A stretch of 49,817 bases of DNA, taken from positions 1 to 49,817 of the forward strand of contig JYFJ02002856.1 in NCBI GenBank assembly GCA_000934665.2, read 5' to 3'. Positions within the stretch are counted from its first letter, which is position 1. Each line of letters opens with the position of its first letter. The position numbers and the translations under genes were made by a program. This DNA comes from Catajapyx aquilonaris (Eukaryota). The notes under the pieces were generated by a model, which saw nothing but the letters and a program-made list of their open reading frames with translations, had not been told where the DNA came from and ran no database searches. Of the stretch, positions 36,275 through 47,804 are shown in pieces.

Positions 36275-36374
36275 CCGCAGGCGGCGAATGGCGAAGGCGG
36301 CGAATGGGAATGAATCATCTGCGGCGAAATGGGAAACGGCATAATGCAAGACGGCGAAATGGGGGTGATACCCC
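36275..36374 (+). mobile_element. Probable right terminus of the MULE relic (subterminal GGCGAA repeats)
   Basis: GCGGCGAATG, GGCGAAGG, GGCGAATG, GGCGAAATG repeats ending GGGGGTGATACCC, ~80 bp after the transposase stop. Confidence 0.6.
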
Positions 36375-36791
36375 TGTGCGGGCCTACCGCCCTAGCACGG
36401 GGTACCACCCCCCCCCCCCCCNCCCCCCCCCCCCCCAAAGTTGGCCATCTAAAAGTGCGGGGTTGGGCAAGAGCTGATGAATTAGTCACCCCTGGCAGTG
36501 GCAACAAGGTCGGCGACATGCAGAGTTTAGATTGGAGTTCGAATGTGGAGCAGGTGTGAATAATCCATCAACTGTCTCCGCATTTTCCTTGAGGACCATC
36601 ACGTAATTTTGACGGCGCCGTACACATTAACTACCCAACGGAGCCCAAAACTAATTGCACATCCCTATATTAGTTTTGCGAAAACTATCAGTCTACCTGG
36701 CGATTGTCCGAGAGTTTCCCTTCCCCCTGTATAAGATCAAACCTTCTCAAATCAATCTCAAAGTAATAAATGAATGGTCTTATCCATATAC

Positions 36792-36893
36792 CAGGGTGTT
36801 CCAAGTTCGTGGGTCACTTCTTGATAACTGCTATCGGGCGATATCCGGCGATATAAGTTATCAAGAAGTGACCCACGAACTTGGAACACCTTC
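36792..36893. mobile_element. Minimal CAGGGTG-type hairpin MITE (~100 bp)
   Basis: GGTGTTCCAAGTTCGTGGGTCACTTCTTGATAACT paired perfectly with AGTTATCAAGAAGTGACCCACGAACTTGGAACACC. Confidence 0.85.
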
Positions 36894-36926
36894 ATACCAT
36901 AAAACCCAAGCCCTTGTATTACGTTG

Positions 36927-37575
36927 AAAGGACCTGTTCAAGTAGCCCCGCTACCTAAACGGCAACCATCTTGCGCATCTTGTAGTGTATAATCTATGCA
37001 CCTAGTTTTACGCTAAAGGCCGCTGTGTTCGCCACTGACTGTATCTTTGATGTGGTAGGGGTTGCTACCTAGCGGCCTTGGTAGTAATCAAAACATGTTG
37101 TCACGTGGTAAACTGTTTTATTAGTTGATTTAGAGGCAGGAAAACTCGTGTGGTTTTTACCCCGTAAAAATGTTGTAAGAATATTCGTGTGAGACAAATG
37201 CCGCCTCAGGGAACCGATATGCGAAATGCAAGCCCCATCGAGATATCACGCGTTTGCACAATCGCGTATCTCTCCCTCACTCCCTCTCCTCTCTCTCTCT
37301 CTCTCTCCCCTAAAAGAGAGAGAGGAGCGAGGGGCGGATTCAGGATGGCGTTCGTTGGCAAATCAAGGCCGAACTCTTTCTCCAAACTGATGACGGTCAC
37401 CCTTTAGAAGCATTCTTCCATTGAATGACATATATTAGAGTGGCTGGACAGCAACATTTTGATCCAACTCCCCTGCGTTGCCAAGTTTCAGTGATCTGCT
37501 CCTATCTAATTACAACGAATCATTGAGCCATGTGGGTGGCCTTTCTTTGCCAGGATAACTTTGAACAGGTCCTTT
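36927..37575 (-). mobile_element. ~645-bp non-autonomous DNA element, Kolobok-like, copy 2 (inverted)
   Basis: Reverse complement of 25601-26244; right end reads GGTCCT-TTAA. Confidence 0.9.
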
Positions 37576-38936
37576 AAGTCCCAGGCCACCATGCCATAAC
37601 TGCCTGTACTTTTCCTTTAAGCAGAATCGCAAGCAGCCATGCAATCAATGAGGAATGATCCCGAAACAGGTCAAGTGCAAGATGGTGCAAGCTGATAGTG
37701 ATAGCTGTAAAAGAAATATTTCTTGCGAAGACGATGCGCTATGTGATTCACGTCGAAGCTTTATAATGCGGATATGAGTCAAAAATATTTCTCTTATTTT
37801 TTGGCCTCTCTTTCCATTATTATTCCTGAGTCACAACTCATGGCTATGGAGTCAGTGGAACTAAATATTTGAGTAAAGTTATGCTAGTTTGGGAATTATG
37901 GCTTCACCATCGGGAAGTTTCATCAAAATAGACGATTCAGAGAAGAATTCGTTTGTCAATATATCTTCATGTTTATTATCTGATTTAATATATGTACTTT
38001 CAAGTAATTGATCGTTTCCGGTACAGGCATCAAGCGATAAAAGGAGTGAGCAACTAGGGCCTCGGTTTTTTTCTCAGTGTATTAAATATAATAAATTATT
38101 TAAAAAAACTAATAAAGCCCTAACGCCTGATCCTTGCGGACCAACCAACTATCAACAATATGGTACTACAAGTACATTTCAAATTTGGTTTCAGCCAGAA
38201 GAATCATGATGGTGCGATAAATCCATAATCACTCGCCATAGGTGAACTCTATGCTGCTGGTTGTATAATGCCAGACTACGTCTGGCCGAAACATGTTTTT
38301 GACATAATTAAAGTAAGCTACTGTATATGGACTCCAACTGGAATAACCCATTCCCCTTTCCTCTGCTTTCCATCCCACACCTTCCCTATTGTTGCTATAA
38401 AATTTAATAGACAAAAAATGTTCTAGGTAACCTAAACCATTTATACAGCAGCTGCTGCATTTGACCACACCTGGGAATAATTGGCACCTCGCTCGGAGCG
38501 CAGATAGCTCCACAAAAAACAACTTTGGGCGAAATTGTGGTAACTAAAAGGATCCCAATACTTGGAACACATACTAGAATATGGCCTATGGATGGTCTAT
38601 GCCAAAACAAGTCTTAAGAGATCTTCGTGTTGCCTCCTCGCGGATTCCTACACTGTATTACTCGTAGAATCTACTAACGGTGTGTGCACAAGTAGATAAT
38701 ACACATTGGCAAGATGTACTGTATAACACAGCAACTTGCATGAATGATATATTTGTCATAATTAAAAATTACAACCCGTGCTGTTACAGGACAACTCTGC
38801 ATAGGTTAAGAAGGACGAGATAAGGAAGTCATAGGGGTGTTTTTACTAATGTCAGTGCAGTCGGATTGATGGGTCTGAGCATGGTCATAGAATATTCAGG
38901 TCTGGACACTCCCACCTACCCCCTGCCGGGGCGTTT

Positions 38937-39197
38937 TGCAGAAGGTGCTCACTTGAGAAAGCCATGAGACCGTTCACTCCCCAGGTATGTGGCTAACCTA
39001 CCGGACTGCGCTGAACTTTATAGGTACAAAAGGGAAGCGCTACATTGGGGGACCCAACATGGTCGCCGGCGGCCATTTTGGGCCCGCATGTAGCGCTTCC
39101 CATTTTGTGCCTATAAAGTTCAGCGTAGTCCGGTAGGGTCGCCACATACCTGGGGAGTGAAAGGTCTCATGGCGCTCTCAGGTGAGCACCTCCTGCA
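38937..39197. mobile_element. Loopless fold-back element
   Basis: ~130-bp imperfect arms centred at 39067/39068 (ATGGTCGCC|GGCGGCCAT); 10-bp direct repeat TGGGTCTGAG at 38870 and 39236 may mark the insertion. Confidence 0.8.
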
Positions 39198-41461
39198 GGC
39201 GATAAGATCATAATGTAGTATAAGTGTCCGGGGGCTGGGTCTGAGACTGTTATTTAGAATTTTACGGTCATGTACCAGGGTATAAGTTGTTAGCACTTAC
39301 TTGTGAGTGTCAAATAGCGCTCCAAATAGGTGGGGTGAGGTGTGGTGCAAATTCACGAATGCAAAATGTGAGAAAAGGGTGCGTCGCTTCTTCCTACAGG
39401 CATGATATTTTATTTATTTTTAGGAGTAATTTTATATTCAAATAGCAAAACTGCATGCAGGCGAAAGAGTTGGAGGGGGTACGCCGAGGTAAGCTTATGA
39501 ATATATTTCTGCCACGCTCGGAGTAGTTTTACGCTCTGGCCGAGAACTAAAACACGGTTTATATTTAATTATAGACAAACTTCCGCATAATGCATTGAAT
39601 AGCAATGAGGACATGCCAAAAAACTGATCAAAAATAATATTCTCGCGTGCTAGGCCAGCTAGTGTGAACCTCCCAATTACTACAAAAGGGGCCACGCAAA
39701 ATTCTCACCCGAAGCCCCAAAAGGGCGATGTCCCTACAATCGTTCTTGGCAGGAGAAATGCCAGTTTTGAAGTTCAGGTATAATTAGCAAAACCAACCCT
39801 CTCTCACGCAGTCAGAGGGGAGGCCAGTGGGTTCATAAATTGGAGCTCGGCGAGAGGTACTTTGGCTAATCCATCAACAAAGAGCCACAAAGAACAATCA
39901 GGGAACATGCCGACGCGAGTCCTGTAATCAAACTTCCGATATCATGTTGCGACACAGCATTAATTACAGGCGCCAAAGACTCCGTCCCACAAGCCCCAGC
40001 CTTCCCCCTCTTTGGGCCTGACTGCAATGTGGCAAGGTCGCATTTGAGTTACGCTGGGGGAAGGGGGGACAGGGGAGGGCTAAACACATACAAATGAGAC
40101 CCCGCCTTTCTTTCTTTCTTTGACACCGATTCAAACACCCACTTTGAAGTGAAATGGCCTCAAAACACAGTGCAGGGTACCATTCACTATTGGTGAACAC
40201 GTTTCACCAAATATCCTAGTGAATGTGGCATAATGACAGCTTGGGACTAATTTATGCTACTCGTGTCTAACACTCTCGACTCACATTGGTTAACAATAAC
40301 ACGCAATAGCTTCGCTCAAAATATCCATTTCTGTGGTATAGAAAAAGTGAAAAAATAATAAATCGTCAAGTGCAAACAGAAGATCATCAACGTACAGTAC
40401 ATATGTTCAACAACAATGGCAAAGAGACCACCATCCTAGTTACATTTGCAAAGCATAATCTAAAAATGCGAGGGGGTCAGTGTTATGGAACTTGCTTGTT
40501 AGATAGAATGTTAATACTTCAATTACTGCGTTATGTCATAAAGTCCATGTTTCCATTTTGCTACATAACTTAAGACCTATTTGCAAAAGATATTCAACTT
40601 CGCTACTCTACACCTACGTACCATAAATTTACTCTTTATAGGTGTGTTTCAGAAACGGCCACCAGTTCCCATTTGGCTCTAGTATCGTCAGGTGGACCCA
40701 CCAATTATAGCTCCTGCCACATTCGAATATCGATCATGCTTGGTTTTGAGGTGCAAAACATGCTTCTGTTAATTAGTTATAACTTTATTAATTATCAGTT
40801 CATATAAATGTAACTAAACTTCGTTAAGTATTAATGAAGTGACAAAAACTTAGTTAATTGAGTATAGCTAAATGAACTATTAGTACTGTACAGTACTGAA
40901 TAAATATGGGAAACGTCTTGAGGGAATTTTGCTTATTTTATAGGAATTTTTAAAGGACTAGCCTGGGTAAATTCAGGGAATGAAGGAGGAAATTGCTGCA
41001 TCTGCTGATATTGTAACTCCAGGGTGTGCTGGAACATGCCTGGAGCAACATTTTCTATCAGAGTTTAGGTGGATGAAATTCATGGCTTCGTTCCAAACCG
41101 AGATAGGGCAACCAACCCTAAGACATAATGTCTTGTACTATACAGTATACATAATTATACAATACTGTAGTACGAGTACATCTCTCCTATCCTATTAAAA
41201 AGTGTATACCGGTAGTCCTATGATTTTGTAGAAACAATTTCTAACGGGAAATCCCAAAAAAGCATGGTGTATTGAGAAAAAGACTGTTTAATTCCGAACA
41301 TTTTTACACATTTTGTAAACCATAAAGTTGTTGTCACTCAAAAGCAAGAATACGGCTGTCCGTATAAAACTGTATATTCGACCTGCGCATTTTCCATCAT
41401 TCAAAAAATTTAGTGTCTTTCACTGCCGAGAAAAAATGACCCCCTTTTATGGGACACCTGT

Positions 41462-41604
41462 GCTGTACCAATTCTTCATCTTTTATTGTCAGAGGAAGCA
41501 TTGTTGGGAACGTGTTTCCCAACAATGAGAAAGTGTCTCAGCCATGTGGTGGACAATATCATCCCAACAATGCTGCTCATGGCAATTAAAATTTTTGGTT
41601 CAAC
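41462..41604. repeat. Degenerate small fold-back
   Basis: TTTTATTGTCAGAGGAAGCATTGTTGGGA paired with TCCCAACAATGCTGCTCATGGCAATTAAAA. Confidence 0.55.
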
Positions 41605-42675
41605 ATAGACATGAGTATGTTTGGTCAGGAATGGTGTAACTGCCAAGTCAGATAACTATTACTTTTTAAAAGGATTGTAAGAAATACTACATTACTACTA
41701 TACCAGCACACATTATCACCTATTAACTACAGAAAGTAGCTCACATTGGTAATTACCCGGGAACAAAACAATATTCCATTATACAGTACGTACCATATGT
41801 ACTTGGCTAGTAGATATCCTGTGTTGTATTATTTTTTAGATAGTCGTCAGACGATAGGCAAATTGTCCCATCAAAGAGGGAGTCGAGTTCGCTTCGTGTT
41901 TTGTAGAGATATGCGTGTCCATTTGGCTAGGTTGTGCTCTCGCGTGCTTAATGACACTATCAAGAACAATACTGACCAAGTCCAAGTGGGCCGGACCTTT
42001 TCACCTTCCTTCGTGGGGTATCAAATACACCGGCATTCGTCCACTAGAAGTATACTGTATATTCTTTTATGTGGCTCATGGTCCGCACCGCCCACTCCAG
42101 TCATTCAGAGTGCCAGCTCTATTAGAACAATATAGGATCCCAACACGCACGCACTCGTGATTCATTCCATATATTTCCCTGTTTCAACCTGCCGACGCCA
42201 CTGATTTAGCACTCGGACCTACTCACAGGTAACGACTAACTCAGGAATTGAGGTAGCTCAATGGGCCTCCCCTGCTTAACAAGCAGTGTCCATTCTCATA
42301 TGGCCCATTTCATGTATGGTTTTTATCCATGCTTCTGGTAAATCATTATTTTTATCAGCTTTTTTAAAACTGTCTAGACGTTCGTTACAATTCACTCGCT
42401 GAAACATTATCAGGGAGTAACAATCGTGAAAATAAAAATTAATATTAGCAATATTTTCAATATTGGCTTACAACACTGCAAATGTCCGCTAGTAAGCGGA
42501 ACTTCATTATATCATATTATACAGTATCATTAATTGCAATAATCCCCATCCTTTCTAAGCAATACAGTCTGTTTCAGTTGAAATGCCAAATTTTGGAACT
42601 AATATATTTATTTTCAACAGCTATTTTTGAAACGTCAATTTTAGTGATCAACAGAAGCAAGCTTATTACAGTATG

Positions 42676-42818
42676 CTAATAATAGATTGCGTTGAGTCAT
42701 CCATTTTAACGCCTGCGGAGTATGTTTGGCATGCAAACAATGGGTTCAATCATTGACATCGATGCCAGTTCTTCCAACGTGCCATTCCCAATTGCAACTC
42801 AATGCGGTCTGCTATTAG
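42676..42818. mobile_element. Degenerate short MITE
   Basis: CTAATAATAGATTGCGTTGAGT paired with ACTCAATGCGGTCTGCTATTAG. Confidence 0.4.
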
Positions 42819-43046
42819 TCGAAATACTTTGATATCACAGAAAGTTAGTAGACTAACTGCCTACAAGTTAGTGAGCCAAATATCGCCAATTGAAACATCT
42901 TGTATCTAGGAAAACAATTGGGCCGTTTGATTGGCTACAGTGCACTGAATGACAAGATACGAAATAAAACGGAAAAGGTCGTCCTTTGACAGGTAAAGTT
43001 ACTCCTGGCATCTCTAAATACAAGATGGAGCCTTCTTCCAAAACCC

Positions 43047-43421
43047 GAACGACTAAGGTCGGTCGCCTCCGATTTGGTTGAAACTCGCCTGCGGGATCAT
43101 TAATGTGCGATAGACACAGTGGTGAAAATCCTAGATGACACGGTCAATCCGTTTCCGAGATATGAGCTATGAGCGACAGAAACATCCGAATTTTGGCCTC
43201 GCGTATATGGGTATATTGGCCTTGCCGGGCCTTGCACTTGTCCCTTCCCGCCCGACACCATCCACGCGCGGCCAAAATTCGGATATTTTTGTGCTCATAT
43301 CTCGGAAACGGCTGAATAGTGGCATCTAGGACTTTCACTATACTGTGTGTATCGCACATGAGTGACCCCTCAAGCGAGGTACCAAATCGGAGGCGACCGA
43401 CCTTGGTCGTTCCCTTGTTAG
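43047..43421. mobile_element. Long-TIR fold-back MITE, left tip truncated
   Basis: GAACGACTAAGGTCGGTCGCCTCCGATTTGGT...ACCAAATCGGAGGCGACCGACCTTGGTCGTTC; arms ~155 bp; right end CCCTTGTTAG-TA. Confidence 0.85.
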
Positions 43422-43574
43422 TACCGTATATAATTATAGTAGGCCTATTATTATTGGATGCCCATATACGCTGAGCACAAAACATACTTCCCAGTTGTAG
43501 ACAGTACAGTGGTGCAGGGCCAAAAAGATTCCCTGTGGTGCAATACTGCATCGGATACTTGGTTATCTATATAT

Positions 43575-43832
43575 ACAGAAATACACCTCATCATCATGGA
43601 ACTGTTGCAAGCCAAACGCCCAGGAGGCGTATACTCATCCAGGTCCCTCGCAATCAACAAAGTCGATTGACGTCAAAATGACGTCGCCAATTCTCCTCGC
43701 CCTGCCCTGGTCATCAATGGCGACGTCATTTTGACGTCAATCGACTTTGTTGATTGCGAGTGACCTGGATGAGTATACGCCTCCTGGGCGTTTGGCTTGC
43801 AACAGTTCCATGATGATGAGGTGTATTTCTGT
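43575..43832. repeat. Near-perfect inverted repeat (115-bp arms, 1 mismatch, 28-nt loop)
   Basis: 43575-43689 versus 43718-43832 compared base by base. Confidence 0.95.
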
Positions 43833-44100
43833 CTGGGCGGTTGTAAAGCATCATTGTTATTTGTTGGAAATAACAACGGATTTTGTAGTGCACAACCGAC
43901 GGGAGAATTGCCTGATAGTGGGTGGGCGGTGGATTTGAAGGCCTGGGTTGCCTGGCCGCGCTCATACCACACTTCAAAATTTCAATATTTCCATTCGTTT
44001 GTACTAGATTGGTTCTTAAATTTTGTAATTTATTCCGACATGCGGAACCTTCTGGAGGCATGCATTTGACCGGTAACGAGAACTGGAAGTACATTATGAC
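43806..44100 (+). pseudogene. Fragmented Tc1/mariner (DD37D-like) transposase catalytic/C-terminal relic
   Basis: In order, across frameshifts: FHDDEVYFCLGG/VKHHC, GRWI*RPG/VAWPRS, LLEACI; compare FSDEAxFxLxGxVNKHNC, GRWIGRxGxxAWPPRSPD and RLxACI. Confidence 0.5.
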
Positions 44101-44120
44101 AAGAATATTATTATTCATAT

Positions 44121-44187
44121 AAGGAAATGCTAACTCAGAGAGCATATGACATACTACGGCATATGCTCTCTGAGTTAGCATTTCCTT
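44121..44187. repeat. Perfect 28-bp stem hairpin, 11-nt loop
   Basis: AAGGAAATGCTAACTCAGAGAGCATATG / CATATGCTCTCTGAGTTAGCATTTCCTT. Confidence 0.9.
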
Positions 44188-44977
44188 TCTTGATTGTCGA
44201 AATGTCCAATGTAAAAACAATTCAGGTTTACCGTAGGTTACCAATCACGAGTTCGTGACCAAGTTCGGGTGATGATGAACGATCCCGATTATCAACCGTG
44301 CAGCAAAGGAGTTTAGTTTTTTTTGCCCGTTTTCAAGGACTATTGGCGTGCCTTATCCTCCTGTTCGAAGCATCTGCTTAAAGTAGAGTGCGTGACACGG
44401 TTGCTATCTGGGGCTTGTCCGGGGTACTCATTTTTGTTCTCCAAATACATGCATTTGTAACACATCATAAAAGAGCGGAGGCGCCACTGCTAAAAAACGT
44501 AATACTACCATATCATTTAGGCTCATTTATATCTAGATTGGCTCCGCAATGATTTGATATTGGCCTGCGTAATTGAAAGCTTAGATGCACATTCCTACTG
44601 TAAAGCATACATGGTGAATGTTGAATTCTGCATGAGAATCCGAAAATTCATTGTAATGTAGGTAATACATACTTCTTTAAAAAGTTCCAGGGAATGTTAA
44701 AGAAACTGTGTTACAACTTTTAAAGGCCATGGTAAACCTAACACCCCCCACCCCCTCCCCACATCATCCACCTCACGGTATAACGCTGCCGTCAATCTTG
44801 ATCTACGTCCGAGAAGCTTAGAGTACTTTGTGGACGACCGCAAGACACCAGCTCAGGCAGCATGGCCGGTTACACGGCCGAGAAGGAGACGCTGCCTGAG
44901 ATGCTCCATGCTGCGCCATGCTATTTACTGCATTTTCTCAGTTGCATATCATCAATCACACATCACGCGCACCCATT

Positions 44978-45113
44978 AGGGGTTAACCACTTTGGTATAC
45001 TCTGGTGTACACCTGCAGTGGTACTCCCAGGTACTCCTTAGGTATCTTACTCTTTGGTACTCCCTGAATTTTGGTACTCCAGTGTACACTTTACACTCGA
45101 GAGGTTAACCCCT
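44978..45113. mobile_element. Small element with AGGGGTTAACC TIRs and internal GGTACTC repeats
   Basis: 11-bp TIR; about five GGTACTC-like units; CGCGCACC(C/TC)ATT on both flanks. Confidence 0.5.
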
Positions 45114-45817
45114 TGCGCGCACCTCATTGAAAGCTCACTATTCCTCTCTTTCCAAACTTCCTTTACTAAATTTTTATTCGTAGACCTAGCTTGTGTGCTT
45201 TTCCAGTACATTGGCACCATATTTATATATTTTATATTTCTGTAGCTGTTTATGGAGACTTTAGGCAGGAATGAGGAATTCGGCCTCGTCGTACTTTATA
45301 CCTTTTATTAAGATACTGCACAAGTAACATTGCGCCCTGTGATTTCAAAGGCACTTCATGTCAAATAATGCATAACATAATCAACCCCGCGTCTTTCGGA
45401 TATTCTTACCGCTCTCAGATATTGCGGTGGGTTGTCCAGATAAGAATTAGGTGTAATGTTTTTAAACAAAAAATATATATATAGTATAGTCGTCGTATCC
45501 GGCATGGGTCGAACTTGGACGAACGACAATTTTCTTCCCTTAACCCCCACCTCACCCCACAACATTGTTTGGATGTTGAACTTAATTTGTATATGAGTGT
45601 TTGTATGGTGCCTTTTTAGTATTTAGCTATTTTTGATGTGAAATTTTGTTGGTAAGGTACGACCCCGCCTTTTTCTTAGTGAGGGGGACACTGTGGCGTT
45701 GCCTTATGTATGAACCTGGCGCCACAGAGGGCAGTAGTTGGCAGGAAACATGAATGCCGTCAGCGGGGTAGGGCAAGGAATGACGAGAGGGTTGGGAGGG
45801 GTAGACAGAGCGAGGGC

Positions 45818-46208
45818 CATGGGCGTAGCCAGGGGGGCAGGGGGGGCAGGGGGGCAGGGGGGCAGGGGGGCAGGGGGGCAGGGGGGGCAGCTGCCTCCCC
45901 CCCTAAATCTCAGGGAAGTGCATTTTTTGTAATTTTGCAGAATAAACTCATTAACCGCATAAAAGGTACTCCATATCGTGGGATGTTAATTGTTTATTGA
46001 CCTTCTCTCCAAGTTTTTAAAATGACTGAAGGTTTTGACAGATTTTTCTGAGCCTTCGGGGTCAAAAGAAAGCAATCTAAATTCTAAAACAATTATTGTT
46101 GTTGAGACAGTTGCTTCCGAATCTTGCTAGGCAGTCAGACGGAGGATGAGGACAGGTGGGGCCCTCCTGCCCCCCCCCCCCCCCCCCCTAAATCCTAGCT
46201 ACGCTACG
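45818..46208. mobile_element. hAT-like MITE with (AGGGGGGC)n expansion
   Basis: CATGGGCGTAGCCAGG...CCTAGCTACGCTACG termini; G-rich left and C-rich right subterminal tracts; no TSD seen. Confidence 0.6.
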
Positions 46209-46227
46209 CTAGCCACCACACCACCGT

Positions 46228-46385
46228 GCCGGTGGTGGGGTGGCTAGCGTCACAGCCTTCTACCTCTAAGGGCCCGAGTTCCTCCCACTATCAAAATCCA
46301 TCACAGTAAAAGCAATGATGAAAGTCGGTAAATTAAAAGATTATCCCCTAAAATGCCCAAGGAGGCTTATCACGGGATGTCCATC

Positions 46386-46451
<66 letters not shown>
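46228..46451 (+). mobile_element. Internally deleted tRNA-headed SINE with shared 3' tail and (ATG)n tail
   Basis: Head GCCGGTGGTGGGGTGGCTAGCG...GGCCCGAGTTC; tail CCCCTAAAATGCCCAAGGAGGCTTATCACGGG matches the family A copy 3 tail; (ATG)n at ~46386-46451. Confidence 0.65.
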
Positions 46452-46452
<1 letters not shown>

Positions 46453-47804
46453 CTAATTTAGTCTGACCCTTCTTTTAACGTATATATGCAAATATATTAC
46501 TCTACCATCGTGCGCCTTGATAACTGGATACACTGTAGCTTTGTTCAATAAATTGCGCAGTAAAATACAACGTATAACCAGAACGCTGCGTCCTGGAGGT
46601 GGATCTTTCCTGCATCCGCATCCTGTCGAATATCTGGTCTACCTTAGAAAGAAAAGACGTAATATTTTTGATTCCATGTTGACCAACATTTTTACACCCT
46701 TTCCTCCTACCCCAGCACAGGTATAGTGTTATATGAGAGATTGTGCCTAGTTTGTCGGCTGAGGCAATGTGAATGTGGATACAATATAGTAGCATGATCC
46801 TCCCAGTTTATGGGCAGTCGTAAACCTCATTAGGCTTTTTGTAAATTAATAAGCGCGCTTCTTGCGGGAAGTCCCTAGCGTACGATGAATTCAACACCAG
46901 GTTTCCAATTTCTCCCATCCGACGTCCAGGCAGTAAAATGGTAGTAAAAGTATAGTCCGTGGTGCTAAACTATCAGCAGTCGGATTGCTCAATTGCGTTA
47001 TACCATTCATAGTGCGGATTGATTGGCCAGAATTACGTTCCGAAAAACCTTCCTACAGGGGAACACAAAACGGGATCTTTGCCTCTGTCCCTCCTCCCTC
47101 TTGTATCATGTTCATTCCAAATTGATTATTTAATAGACTATAAAGTCTAACATTTATGACACCTCTTTCCTCGTTATAATAAGGAAAATGCGAGGGAGAG
47201 AGACTGATATATCCTGCTAAATTAATATAAAAGTTGGAAAATGATCTGAAAGAACGAATGCACCGCATAAACAGCCAGAGGTATTAAAGTCCAAAAGTGC
47301 CTAAATGACAGAATATGATAGGAGCCTACGTGGTCTAGATATGATCCCATTGCTATAGGGAAAGTTTCCCTACACGAACGATTTCTGAAAAGCCTTGATG
47401 ATATGTATGGGAGAGGACTCGCATCCAAACTTTTGCCAGCTGTGTACCATAAACAGTACTTACGGATGAGTGGGTCTAGTTTGTTAAGTCTTTTTCGCCG
47501 CTACATGCGAGCGCAATTTTTTGAACGTGTCCCCTCACTGAAAGGCTGTATTGCTACATTCCTTCCCTCCCCACTCTAAGCACTGTTCAACACAGAGTAA
47601 AAAGTTTGTTACGCAGAGTGCATAATGGTATAGTTCCCCACCAATTTGCTTATTTTCTATTATTTTTGGTCTTGTCATCAGGTATTGACTACCATAGGAT
47701 ACTGGCAGTAAGCCTGCATGCAACATTTTTTATTCATAATGTTGCCTTCATTTAATAAATATTAAAACAGTCTGAAGTCAATTAATTTTTGTGATTTAAC
47801 TGTA

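Noticed and set aside
36405..36437. Poly-C tract as a functional element
   Set aside because: Homopolymer containing an N; its length is unreliable
46517..46726. CR1/Jockey RT C-terminal remnant (KLRSKIQR...LRKKRRNIFDS)
   Set aside because: Resemblance too weak to call without BLASTX
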